Below are positions 49,347 to 63,220 of a DNA stretch of 64,000 nt, in pieces. Numbering within the stretch: position 1 is the stretch's first letter; the number at the start of each line of letters is the position of its first letter. This DNA comes from Bugula neritina (taxonomy: Eukaryota > Animalia > Bryozoa): assembly GCA_964035545.1 (NCBI GenBank), contig OZ037769.1:14848633-14912632 (forward strand). The letters run 5' to 3'. The position numbers and the translations under genes were made by a program. The notes under the pieces are model-generated. The model did not search any database, had not been told where the DNA came from, and saw only the letters and a list, made by a program, of their open reading frames with translations.

Positions 49347-49636
49347 TTGTGCGTGTGTGCGTGTTTGTGTGGTATGTGTGTGTGTGTTTGTGTGTGTGTT
49401 TGTGCGTGTGTCTGTGTGTGTGTTTGTGTGTGTGTTTGTGTGTGTTTGTGTGTGTTTGTGTGCGTGTTTGTGTGTGTGTGTGCCTGTTTTTGTGGTATGT
49501 GTGCGTATGTGTGTGTTTGTGTGTGTTTGTGTGTGTATGTGCGTGTGTGTGTGCGCGTGTGCGCGTGTGCGCGTGTGCGCGTGTGCGCGTGTGCGCGTGC
49601 GCGTGTGTGTGTGTGTGAGTGTGTGTGTGTGAGTGT
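49347..49636. repeat. Compound (TG)n/(CGTGTG)n microsatellite
   Basis: Alternating purine-pyrimidine tract in intron 1 of paralog 3. Confidence 0.95.
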
Positions 49637-50562
49637 GATTATTTTAAACAGAAATAAATTATACAAACTTGTTTCTCTAATAACTGTTTTCAACTAACTT
49701 TTTAACCAGGCGCATGTTTTAAAACAGAACAAATACACGTCCAATTCATAATTTAGCTAATTTATTATCAAAAGTATTTCTTACCAAACAGAAATATGAC
49801 GCCAGCGTGGAGCGTTCCAATGAGACTTCCTTGCTGTAAATTCACTTTGAAGATGTCTTGATGAGCTATTGTCAAGTTACCAGCTGTTCCAAATGTAAAT
49901 CCGACATGGGCAAAGTGAGAGAGGCATGATGCGAATGCTATTATCCAAGAATATCCGCTGTCTTTCGTTAGCTTTGGTCTTTTGATGAATGCCATTACCA
50001 TCAGGTTGGTTGGTACAGTGTTGGGCAATGCAATTTCCAATTTCTTTTTAAAATTATTAATAGTTACTTATTTCAGAAAGCTTTATTAAATATTAAAATA
50101 AAAAAGACTGAACAATTATTATACTTACATAGATTTAACCTCTCATACCATAAACTTAAAATCTTTCTAGTTTTCTAGTTCACCAAGTTACTCAGTTCTC
50201 TCCTGCTACAACCGCTCTCTAACCGACTTTAAATGGCATTGCTTATTTCTAAAGATATATTAATACAATATCAAATAAATATAACTGAGTTTTCCCATGT
50301 ATTATTTCTATTCTGCAGACCATTGTATAAAAACTTATCTATATCAAATGAGCCTCAATAGGATCCCCAGTAAGTGTGTTTCAATCATGAAACATTCTAA
50401 TCTAATATGACAGGCATCATTATATAGTTTCGCAATTTTTAGTAACAATGGCCGCTGAGCAATAAATGGCTATCATAATAAGTTTGTTAATCCTATTTTG
50501 GCATAGCTATGTGGCATAGAGCAGATGGTCATATTATAGACACTACATAATATACAATTTTT

Positions 50563-50630
50563 GCCTACATTGGGATTCGAGTCAGAGACCTCCGGCTTGC
50601 AAACAGATATGCTACCATTACACTACACTC
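50563..50630 (-). mobile_element. tRNA-derived SINE head, family 2
   Basis: Minus strand gtagtgtaatggtagcatatctgtttgcaagccggaggtctctgactcgaatccc. Confidence 0.6.
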
Positions 50631-51755
50631 AACACTACAGTTACATAACTTTATATTGAGTCTAGAATATAAAGGAAGTTATATTTGTTATATAGATCAT
50701 GTGTTATATGTATATAGATTGACTCAGCTGCCCTTGTTATGAGTGTTTGCTGACGTTTTTTGTTTTTTGTTGGGCTGTTCACGGCATAATATTTTGGTTC
50801 ATCAACAGTGTAGAGCAAACAGATAATAGACATGATATATGTTTTACATTCACACTTGAAGTTATTGCGATTTTGAGTTCAAGTCTATTGCAAAGCGAAA
50901 ATGCAAAAAAGTTAAATAGAAAACAAACTAATAGAATAACTAAATACATGTTTTTATTGGAATAATCCAAGAACTTTGTCAATTTCATTTGCGTAATTTG
51001 AATATTTAGAGAAATTTAGTTGTATATCAAATGTGTTCCTGGGGTAATGTTATTTATATAGTATAATGTTATCAAGAATATTATTTTGGTAATTTAACAA
51101 TTTTAGGCTTCACGTTAGACATGCATAAAATAGTAAAATAAGCATGCATCATCAGTAATGTAATTTTATTTCGATATAATGTTCAGGAATGCAAAAATTT
51201 TAATTTGAATAAAACCAACTTTTAATGTAGCCTAAACATGCAGAATTACAAAATTATTTATTTAAATATTATAAACTTTCAATGATGAGCTACAAAGTCA
51301 TTTCTTGCAGTAGTGTGGCAAGAATTATCCTGTTTGGTTCTTTGTAGTGACAATTATATTATATTTTTTTCGTTAAATAGATTTTGAGTTCCACCTGGCT
51401 TGTCATTGTAACTTTATCATGCGTTGACAAGCAGTCTCTCTCATTTTCTCTTTGACTGAGATTAAAAGCTACGACTGCCTTTCAATTTCATTTCGCCTTT
51501 GATCATTGGTCAAGAAGTCAAAATGAATAGTTGGTTAACCTAGGCATCAGGTTTCTTCAAAATGACAAATGAAGATGGTTCAAGAAATGTGGCCAAAATG
51601 GCTATGCATGCATTTCATTTGCATCTTATAAGTGTTATACTTAAGTAGTTTGGTAAAACTAGCTTTCCAGTTTTTGATACAAGAGAGCGAAGCAAATGTG
51701 CAGTCGAATGGTTCAAATTCTTGAGCAGATAAAGATAGTTTGGTAACGTCTCATG

Positions 51756-52010
51756 CATTCAGTATCTCAGGCCATAAAGTGTAAAGAACAAGGTAATTTG
51801 ATTGTTCCAAGAAGAGACAATACTATCAGGCCTTGATTTCCTATGACAAGGCCTTAGAGTGCTGCACTAAAGAATTGAAATCAAGCTGCCTGCTAGCTTT
51901 CCTTCATTCAGGGTTGTTGAAGATTGCACGGAAGGCTTATATGCTGCACCGAAGTGAAGCTTACATGGAGTTTGGAATGTTTTAAGAGACTAGGAATAAT
52001 ATTGCAGTCA
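51756..52010 (+). pseudogene. Decayed TPR-repeat coding fragment
   Basis: Across frameshifts reads SVSQAIKCKEQGN/DCSKKRQYYQALISYDKALECC...VVEDCTEGL...HRSEAYMEFGMF*, which matches the TPR pattern (K.QGN..F....Y..A...Y.KAL). Contains frameshifts and a stop. Confidence 0.6.
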
Positions 52011-55000
52011 GTTATTATACTTGCAAAAAACATGCAGTTATAGGTCTTCTATAGGTGTACCTTTGAGTTAACAATACACCAAGAAGCAGAGGCAGCTGTA
52101 AGGGTTCACTTGAAGAATTGCCAGCTTGTAATGATTAATGATGAAGCTGTGAAATCGTACATCACCAACTGCTGATCGGATCCTGTGGCAAATGTTCCTT
52201 CCATGTTTTCGTCTCCAGTTAGAAGTCACAAATTAATGCCTTTTCAACTCACCTACTACCGCATCGAAGTCAGGCAATATAATGATGTTAATTAGCCTAT
52301 CTTGATATGAGCAAATTGCATCTCGGAGATGGTGATACACGCCTTCTCATTCTATGCAAGTTACAACTATGATGCATACTAAAGCATTGCAAGACTGCTA
52401 TAAATAAGGCATTTTAACAAAGTCATGAATTGTATTGTTGAATTACTAAATTTGAATAATTTAAACTAACTTCAACTTTTTATAGTACCTTATGTCATGC
52501 ATAGAGTTTAACACAGCGTCTTGAATTTTGAATTTTCAATCATTTATTGTTACTTTAAGATGGACACAATGGTGCCCAAAATATCAGTTTACATTGAGTA
52601 ATAATGTAATAACTATAATAAACACCAACTGTTTCTTCTATACTTTTTATTCATATAATTAATTTGCTATTGTTAAACATAATTATATTATTTAAAAATT
52701 ATTATTTAATAATGAACATAAAACAAGCTGATTGTTGGAAACTATTTTACTTTAAATTGTCACTAATTACATAATTTTGAAACAATTGATTATATATTCT
52801 TTCGAATTTTTTTCTATAGCCATTGCTTAAGTTTTTGAAATTTTATGCTTTGTATTTCCATTATGTAGAAAATCAGCTGAAGTTGTGGATAAGCTAGACA
52901 CAATTCCATAAAAATGAGAATATAAATATTTCAAAGAGTTTGTGATTAATTTGATTATAATGAAACATACAAACTAAGTAAAAGGCAAATAAGATTGCAA
53001 CATATGCAATTGCAGTATTTACTGAGACTGGAAATAAAGACAGATTGTTGGTCATAGACACATAAAGTCTATCATTTTTCAATAAATCAAGGATTTACAG
53101 TCATCCATCATTGTTACATCATATTGTAACAGCTTGAAAATTACATTAAACCATCCGTTAACAGCTGTTGAATATTATTTACTATAAAAGCCTGAAGTTT
53201 AGAATACAATATTAATATATCACTTGATTTATGTTTTGTGCTATATAGGCTACTGTAAAATTTTCATTATTTTATTGCAAGAGCAGTCTTTTGTATTTGT
53301 CTGTTTCAAAGTAAAAAGAACAAAAGTTTTCCAAGGTATAAATGAATATTAATTTACACGAAATGCTTCGCGGAGCAGCATCTATAAAAATAACTTAGAA
53401 AACAAATATACATTTGTACATATAGTTTCTTATTTACATACCACAGCAAGAAATATTGGAATTTGATGGTCCTTCAGTTTTGTTATTAGAATTAGAGTAT
53501 ATAAAAAAAGAAACAAAGCAAATTTGCTAGACTAATCAGCTTTCCTCTGATTGGGTTATCTTCACTTTCTTTAAACTGTCTATAACAACGGGGAGAATAG
53601 TCAGAGCTCCTAAAACTCCACTGCCACTCACAAATATTATTCCATATCTTTCACCACAAGTTTCTCCAATAAATGCTACAACATAAAAACATATGTTTTA
53701 TTAATTTAAATTTTTTGCATTTTATAATAATATATATTACATAAAAACATAAATCATATTGGAATTTTATTCACATGCTAAATTTGTTATAAACAATATA
53801 ATTTCGCAATATTAAATCGAGAATCTTGAAAATAATATTATGTTTTATTTATTAGAACTTGGTAGAATATTTGTTTAAGAAGTTTTTTAGCAGCTTTGAC
53901 TTTAAATGTTTTTAATGTGACCTGTTTTCAACTCACTGCAGAAATGGCATATGCTGTAACAATTAGGTTACAGGAAATTGCTGAAAGACTGCATGCATGC
54001 GCAGTAATACTTGAGTATGCACTACTGTATATGCAGTATGTGTAGTTTTTGAGAAACGCCCAAAATCTTTACAAAGTAATTTAAAATGGCTTCACTGTAA
54101 CCTATATGATTCCCATAACTATTATAGTAATTTTTAAATAAATTTAAACAATTAAAAATGTACTAAAAATTGAAAATAAAAATTAAATTATTTAACTTAA
54201 GTTTATTTATTTTATATGGTGATGTATACAATTTTATTAAATAGGAAAAATTGGCGCTGTCCATCACTATTTGGGTCATTTTATACTTAATTCAATGCAC
54301 CATATACGTGAAAAAACATCACGCGCTCGCACCAAACTTACTAAAAATTTAGGACAAAACATAGGGAATCGAGCAAAATTTGAAAAAAAACTTGCTTATT
54401 CAGCTGTGTTTGTTAATATTTTATCAGTTTGATGCAAGAAACTATATATACTAACTGCTAAACAGTGAAAAATAGCTAAACACTAGAGGTGTGTAGTGTG
54501 TACTAATTTAAGTAAAATGGCCTATTTAAATTACCAAAATTTTATTTAGTGAATGTGAAATAGCTGAATGCAACTCACAGGCCAGAGGCAAGAGGGTTAT
54601 TCCTCCAATACCCTTAAGTAATAACTTCAGTCCAAACAGTAGAGGTAGTTGACTGGTAGTACACAGGTCACTGGCTACTCCGAGTAAACAGGATATAGTG
54701 ACACTACGTCCTAATCCACACAGGATCCCCAAACCGTAAAACATTTCCTGGAGAATATAGTATGATAGTAATCGATAGTATATACTATTATTGTGTAATA
54801 TAAAATCATTTTGGCAAACAATCTAGTATATCTAATAAACATATTTTAAAGCATTGTTGTAATTTTTTACAGAGGAACAAGTAACAATCTCTTAATTATA
54901 ACAATGGCTGCAATAATATTAGCATGTAGTTGTAAAGTTTTGTAAGAAATAAAATTAGAAGCTGGGAAAACATTTTTACTATAAGAAGTTCAAAAAAGTT

Positions 55001-56830
55001 TTTTATTATGTTGTTACAAAAGTGACACACTATACTTCATAATAGTAATCATACTTTGCTGTTAGTAAAAGATGTCGCTAAGGCAGCTACTCCAAAGACT
55101 GCTACAGAAATAAAGTAGAGAAGTAATCTGTTAAACTTGAGAGAGCTGGTGAGAATAACAGAGACACATCCGACTATGTTAGCAATACCTGCAAAGATAA
55201 AGATACTAAGTTTATGTTTTGTGGTGATACTTTTGTTAGTCTTAATTAGTATCAGAGTGTTAGAAATTTACATAACTTTTTTAGGTCAAGATGGCACTGA
55301 AGATGGATGCCGTAATATATGGCGGCCAATGTGGTGTGCCAGAAACACTTCTTGCAGATACGGATTAGTCAATCAAAAACACAGTTAGATTATATTAAAA
55401 GGAGAATACAAGGTTAGAACCTTAGTGATTATATAACAGATTTGCAAGTTTAACATTCAGCTATAGCAGATACTGATGAATCTCTACAAAAGGGTATATT
55501 TAAAAAAAAAATAACAAGCAATAATTTGAAATTTGACAGTTCAACGTTTCTTACAGTCTTATCTCCTTAAAACTGCATGCAGCTGGTAATAATAGCAGTT
55601 GATTTATAGAATTATATATGCAGTAGTTTTATATTGGCATCAGATGTGCTTAAATCTCATTAAATATATTGTAGAGGTTGAGGGTTACCGCCTGAATTTT
55701 TAAAGACTCTAATTAATGAGTTTTTTCAGTCAAACTACACATAGATAGGCATATTGCACGCATTACATGTGCACACAGCAAGCAGCACACACAATTATTT
55801 GGCATATCTTGCACATTGCTAAATATAGTTGCAAATTATGCAGTTTGTAATTAATTTTTAGTCAGAAAACACTCATAGCTAATACCATCTTTAGCTGTCA
55901 TGAATAGATTTGGCATACCTAAGCTGGCCTCTGTTTTGATGAATGGGGAGAGAGACTATTTTAGGTGCTATTATGTACTACTATATAGCTATAGTTTCTA
56001 AATTTATCAGTTCACACCTGGCAGCTTAACTGACCAGTTACAGATTAGAAGAAATTATGATAGTATATATAAATAAGATCGAAAATAGAGATAGTATTGT
56101 GTTGTATAAATTACAAGTGTATATTTACTTCTTCGTATTTTTTTTCAGTAGTCATGTGTCTTGTTGTTGCAGTTTATGTGATGTTTCGATGTTATATTTT
56201 TCCTGTTGAACAAAGGATTATTATCAAATGATGTTGGTTTGCTATATTATGCGGTTAAAAGAAGATTATTGTGTAATTTTAGATTTCATTCTACGTTATT
56301 AGATTAAAAAAAAACTGTTGAATTCTAAATAGTGAATCTCACTAACCTTCTACAGTATTAGATAAAAAGAGCTCTAAAGTTAGAGCCAAAAAATATAACC
56401 AATCATAAGGCAATCTGTATAAATTGCCAACTAGCAGTCAGTATTAATCTGCTAAACAGATAATAGTTTTATGAAGTTACCCATTATGGTTACTCCTAGA
56501 GCTGCCTCATCTTTATCCATACTAGTATTGTTAATTATATAGTCATTCAATAAAAGTAAAAATCCCGCAGTATTGGCATTCCAGAGCATTCCACTGATTA
56601 TAAACAGCCACATCTACCAAAGTTCAAAATTATTTTTACTGTAGTCGAAGTTAAACAGATGAGCAGATTTTTTAGCTATAAAGCACCAGATGACAACTAT
56701 AATGTAGTATGAGTTAACAATTAATCTATTTGTTTAATACCAGTGATATATACACTGACAACTCTATATTTTATTCATAAGTATACCCGTCGCATGTTTG
56801 CTTACATAAAACTGCATGTCAAGTTTACTG

Positions 56831-56885
56831 AGTAGTCCCTGTGGTGTAATAGTTAGCACACCTGCATGCAAACCGGAGTTATGAA
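56831..56885 (+). mobile_element. tRNA-derived SINE head, family 2 (truncated)
   Basis: agtagtccctgtggtgtaatagttagcacacctgcatgcaaaccggag. Confidence 0.55.
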
Positions 56886-58480
56886 GTTTACTGAATGCAA
56901 AATTATCTCAATATAACAGCATCTTGCAAAAGGGCAAGCATGATAACGCTTTTCAAACTATACATTCTGATACCGTACTTGACACTCTATTTAAAACACT
57001 TATTTGAAAAGTAAGGAATTTGTTCGAAAAACAAACATAGTGAAGTAGAAAGTTTTTTCTTAGATTCATCAAGTAGGTTAAAGCATACCTGGCATATCTG
57101 TTTGACTACTAGTAAACAGTTTGGCACTGTTTGAAAAAACATCTACAGTATATTTGAACACTTAACTAGGCTGAGTTAATTTATAACTGATTTTACTGTA
57201 AACTAAGCACTGGTTTACCTTCCAAGACTTTAACACGCTGATAAAGTCTGATTTAAGATCTGATGTTGTTGATTCAATGCTCATATCTGAAGATGTTTTT
57301 TCTGAGATGCTGTTCCTAGATTTTGCACTTTTGTCCTTTGTAAAATCTTCCTAAAGTACAGAATTGAAAAATCAGCTTCCTGTTAAGATCGAACGTTGAC
57401 TTTATTCTGTTTATATCTGAAGTTGATCCTGTAAAATTTCTATGACATTTAGAGTAACAACAATAGAACATAGTATACTGTACATTTATTCGCCTAATTT
57501 GTTGTGTAGTACTGGTAAAAACTGATTCTCACCATATTAAGTTCTAATGCAAAGTTGTCTTTACCCAAACTCTCATCAACTTTTTCCTTGGGTTCATCAG
57601 AACTAACAGAAGTAACATCATCAGATTTGTCTGTAGTACCTGATAAAAACAAATCTATTTGTTGTACAAATTTAGAGGGACTGTCAGTAAAGGAGAGCTG
57701 TTCTATGATATAATTAGTTAGAGGGAGTGTGCAGCAACAAATGAGAACGTAGAAGACAAAATCTTCAGCAACTAATTGCAGAGATTTATCAGTTTTAAAG
57801 ATGTATCTATAGTTTTTTTTCTGCAACTCAATGAAGAAATGTATTTACAAACAATAATTCATAATTTTACCTCCTAAGCGCTCTTCTTTAGGTTCAAAAA
57901 AAGATATTCCAGCAATGATATGAAGTAGATGAGCACATGCCATGATGCCCATAACACAAAATAATTTAAAATTTGACAATTCAACTCCCCTTACAGTCAA
58001 TTGTTTTCCTAAAATTATACAGCTGTTATTACCAGTAGTTGACTTTTTGTGTGCAGTAATTTCATATAATAGTATCAGATGTGCTTAAACCTCATTAAAT
58101 ATATGCAGGTTAAAGATCACCACCTGAATTCATAAAGATTCTATAAATTATTGTGTCTTTCCAGTTGAAATGCGTATAGATGCACATTGCACACAACACA
58201 TCAAACACACACAGCACACACAATTATGTGACATATCTTGAACTTTGTTAAATATTTGCACATACAGATATAATAGTTTTATGAAGTTACCCATTATAGT
58301 TACTCCAAGGGCTGCCTCATCTTTATCCATACTAGTATTGTGAACTATGTAGTCATTTAATAGGAGTAAAAATCCCGCAGTATTGACATTCCAGAGCATT
58401 CCACTGATTATAAACAGCCACATCTACCAATGTTCAAAATTATTTCCACTTTAATTGAGGATAAACAGATGAACCAGTTG

Positions 58481-58548
58481 GTCCTTGTGGTGTAATGCAT
58501 GGTTAGCACACCTACTATGGTAAACCCGAGGTTCGAAATTGAGTGGAG
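58481..58548 (+). mobile_element. tRNA-derived SINE head, family 2
   Basis: gtccttgtggtgtaatgcatggttagcacacct...gaggttcgaaattg. Confidence 0.55.
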
Positions 58549-58605
58549 AAAAAATGATTCCATAATAACATGTTGCAACACAAAAACAAAATAAGACACT
58601 AATAC

Positions 58606-59119
<514 letters not shown>

Positions 59120-60371
59120 TTTGAAAAAAAACATCTACAGTATATTTGAACACTTAACTAGGCTGAGTTAATTTATAACTGATTTTACTGTAAACTAAGC
59201 ACTGGTTTACCTTCCAAGACTTTAACACGCTGATAAAGTCTGCTTTAAGATCTGATGTTGTTGATTCAATGCTCATATCTGAAGATGTTTTTTCTGAGAT
59301 ACTGCTCTCAGATATTGCAATGTTCTCCTTTGTAAAATTTTCCTAAAATGCATAATTAAAAAAAGATTTGATTTTATACTGTTCATATCTGAAGTCAATT
59401 TTATGACATTTGATGAGACTCAGAAAAGTAACCATTTAGGACATATTATACTGCATATTTATTCGCTTATATAACCTGTTTTGCGTTAATATAATACCGG
59501 TAAAAACTCATTCTCACCATACTAGTCTCTATTGCAAAGTTGTCTTCACCCAAGCTTTCATCAATCTTTTTCTTGGGTTCATTAGAAGTAACAGAAGTAA
59601 CATCTAAGATGCTGCTACCAGATATTGTGATGTCATCCTTTGTAAAATCTTCCTAAAATACATAATAAAAAAATGCAATTAGCTTTGTTCTAAGATCTGA
59701 CTTTGATTTACTGTTCATACCTGAAGTGTATTTTGTAAAATTTTTATGAAACTCAACTCCACTAGCTACAGTGCTATTGCGCCATAGGCCTTGTCATTTA
59801 GTTTATCTTTTCTCAATTAATTTTTTATTTCCCCGACTGCGACAAAATAAAAACAAACAAACAAACAACAATAGAACATGTTATACTGCATGTTTATTAA
59901 CTTAATTTGTTTTGTATAATACCATGCAGGTAAACAAACACTAATTCTCACCATAACAAGTTCTATTGCAAAGTTGTCTTTACCCAAACTCTCGTCAACT
60001 TTTTCTTTGGGTTCATCAGAACTAACGGAAGTAACATCATCAGATTTGTCTGTAGTACCTGATGAAAACAAATCTATTTGTTGTACAAATTTAAAGGGAC
60101 TGTCTGTAAAGAAGAGTTATTCTATGATATTATTAGTTAGAGTGGGTGTGCAGCAACAAATGAGAACGTAGAAGACAAAACCTTTAGCAACTAAAAGCAG
60201 AGATTTGTCAGCTTTAAAAATGTATCTACAATTCTTTTCCACTATTGAATAAAGAAATGTGTTTATAAACAATAATTCATAGCTTTACCTCCTAAGCTTT
60301 CTTCTTGAGGTTCAATGAAAGATATTCCAGCTATGATATGCAGTAGATGGGCACATGCCATGATGCCCAAA

Positions 60372-60535
60372 CACTGCGTTTCCATTATCGCATTATGCGA
60401 ATGGATTTTTTCATTCGGCTAATGGAAACAGTTACATTGGATGAAACCGCAACTATAAGGTAATGCAAACCACAAACCACAAATAATCCGTACGAAGCAT
60501 TCATTCGCATTATGCGCAGTCATGGAAACGCAGTG
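60372..60535. mobile_element. 164-bp MITE inserted in coding exon 3 of paralog 4
   Basis: Perfect 14-bp TIR CACTGCGTTTCCAT ... ATGGAAACGCAGTG; 3-bp imperfect target duplication (aaa/ata); exon is 167 nt longer than the 252-nt paralog exons. Superfamily (CACTA/CMC vs PIF/Harbinger) not resolved. Confidence 0.92.
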
Positions 60536-63069
60536 ATAGTGTGGGAGTAGCCAAATTTATTGAGTAGGAATTGAGAGAGAACGGGCCATGTCATTAGACC
60601 AATATAAATTCCCAGTGTTGCTAGAGAAAATGCTAGGTACTTAAGCTTGTTGAAGTAGATGGCCAATATTTGGGAACTTGCAGTATAGCAGCAGGATGCA
60701 CCAATACCTAAAGAAACATGCTTGAAGTTTATATTATATGCTTATATATGAACAAAGATATAATGGGTACAAATTGGTTTAGGTATATATAATATGTAAA
60801 TACATATAAAGGTACATCATGCAGAAAGATCATTTTGGCAGCTACATAGTTGCAACTCTGAATGTGCCATACAATATTATTAAAAGTAAAATATAATATA
60901 AAAAAAGCTTAAGTAGTAGAAATTTAATAGTTTAAATAAAAACTTGAACTTTTCCTAAGAGTGAAATCAACATAAGATGTTTTTGCAACACCAAACAAGA
61001 GTCACCTATTGTTAGACATATAACCCCCCACCTGTATTTAAAACTGCCAAACAGTTTTTAGCAAGTAGGTAGTCTGTTGACACTGGTTGAATCTATAGTG
61101 ATGCATTTTGTTACAGAACTATAAGATGTCCATACCGTGCATATAGAGCTTTTAGTTCTGGTAAAGTGTATGCTAAGGCTATGAGTGATTGGATACGTGA
61201 GGAAAGGTAATCAATCATAATTAAGCATTTGTTAGAGCAAAAAAGAGTCCTTATAATTATGCTGCTTACAATATCTCCTTCCCTGTGAGAATCTCTAAGA
61301 TATAGTCAGCAGTAGCATTTTGATAACAATTTCATTTTCGTTACAAACAGATTTGTATGTTTTAACTGCTTGATATGCGTTGTTTATGCGGGTTTGCAGT
61401 TTTTTATATACAATCGAGTTTATAAAAAGAGTTTGGATTTTAAATACTTATCTAGAATAAAAGTTAGTTATTAAAATTTTTGTGTAAAGTTTTACACTAA
61501 TGAAGTGCACCTATTGAATGGATGTTAGAAAGTAATATCTTATAATATTATAGTACAAAGGCTAAAATTGTGTTATATATTGAGTGAGCTATAAAGTAAA
61601 ATTAACTGAAACTCATTTCAAATTTTCAGCCTACCTCAATTGGTCAACAAGCATTTTAATTTTTTTGGAGTTAAAAAAGTATAAAATAATTTATATTTTC
61701 AAGAGTGTCAGATTTGAAAATTTAGTATTTAAATAATTTGAATGAAAGACGTTTTGTAAAATTCATGGGAAAAAAATAACGATGTAGATAAAAGCTCAGG
61801 TTTTTTTCCTGCTACTATTTTATGATGAAAATTTCCTTCATCATAATTGTATAACAATTATTGTACATTTCATTACAGATTTTATGTGCGTACCTTATTC
61901 ATTGATACAACACATTTATGTACATATATATAATGACTTAATGTGCATGCTTTATTCGTTGATACAAAAGCAATAAGATATATAAACTAAGATAGTCTTT
62001 CTTACCTGCTACAACACTATACAAGACAATGGCATGCCATAGATCCTGAGAAAACACAGAGACTCCTAATCCTAACATAAGAAGAGAGCCTCCCAATATT
62101 TCCGTAAATCTACAACCCAGTTTCTTGACAAGTATTGAAGCTATGGGACCTGAATACAAAGCATAAACTGAGAGATGGAGGTGCCATGACACCTAGCACA
62201 GGAAACTAAAACAGTCTGCCTACATTTTCTATTAAAATATAAATTAAAATCAACAATATTATGAAAAAATTATTCAAAGTTACTTAATGCAACTCATAAC
62301 CTTTAATAAAAATGCTTTTGTTAACATTGCAAAAAATAAACAACATATACATCGCTTTTAAACCAGCTTTACATAATCAGCTGCTTTCAATACTTTTTGA
62401 AATGCTCTTTGATAAGTTTCATAAACAATTTTATTTCGGACCTAGTGTTCTTTAATTATACCTTGACTATTTTATCCTTTCAAAAATTTATTAATTAACA
62501 ATTTATTGCAAACTATGTCAAATATTACAAACTATAATAATGCTTACTAAACAGAAACAGCACACCAAGATATACAGATCCAATTAAACTTCCTTTTTGA
62601 AGATTAACATTAAAGAAGTCTTGGTGAATTATTGTCAAGTTACCAGTAGTCCCGAAACTGAATCCAATATGGACAAAGTGAGAGAGAAATGAAAAGAAGA
62701 GTATAATCCAAGCATAACCCTTGTCCTTTTGAAATGTTGGTCCTTTGAACGCCATAGCTAGTGAAAAAAAAGCACATGATTAGTCAACTTAATTACAAAC
62801 ATAGTGAGCATATAAACAATATAATAAAATGAATAAAATCAGAATTATCTAAAATAATCTTAAAGTGATGAAAAAGTTAGTAAAAAATAATTTTTTTGAT
62901 TTTACATATTTATTCTTCAAAATTTCATACTTTGACTTAACACTTAAACATCATTTATAATAGGAATTATAAAAGTTTTGATCGGAAATATTTTTTGTGA
63001 CAACATACTTTCAACTTAAGTGAAATATTGACTTTACAAATTTGCTAGTTTCAAAAAGATGTCGTGCAG

Positions 63070-63220
63070 CTTCAGTGAGCAAACAAATAAAGAATGCAAA
63101 CAGGCAACTCTTCTAACTGTTTTTAGTGTGAATCGCATTTTATTTATAAATGCTGTGAATTTCTCAATACGTCAGCTTGTCTGTAAACTTGTCTTTAGTT
63201 ACCGTTTACCATTCACCTGT
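63070..63220 (-). promoter_or_regulatory. Core promoter of paralog 4 (TATAAATA 63148-63141; Inr-like CAGTT with A at 63118)
   Basis: TATA at -30. Minus strand taactaaagacaagtttacagacaagc...cagcatttataaataaa...aaaaacagttagaagagttg is homologous to 37801-37908. Confidence 0.65.

Larger units (their letters stand above)
44767..49995 (-). pseudogene. SLC16/MCT-like paralog 3 (TM11-Glu type), frameshifted in exon 8
   Basis: Exons (5'->3') 49995-49785, 49266-49123, 48634-48383, 48031-47934, 47635-47510, 47183-47051, 46516-46383, 45819-45647, 44891-44767. Exon 8 is 173 nt vs 169 nt in the paralogs, giving a premature TGA at 45738-45736. All other exons and internal splice sites are intact. Confidence 0.85.

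Noticed and set aside
60372-60535. Introner-type self-removing element
   Set aside because: An acceptor exists at the far TIR, but there is no credible in-phase GT/GC donor before the in-frame TGA
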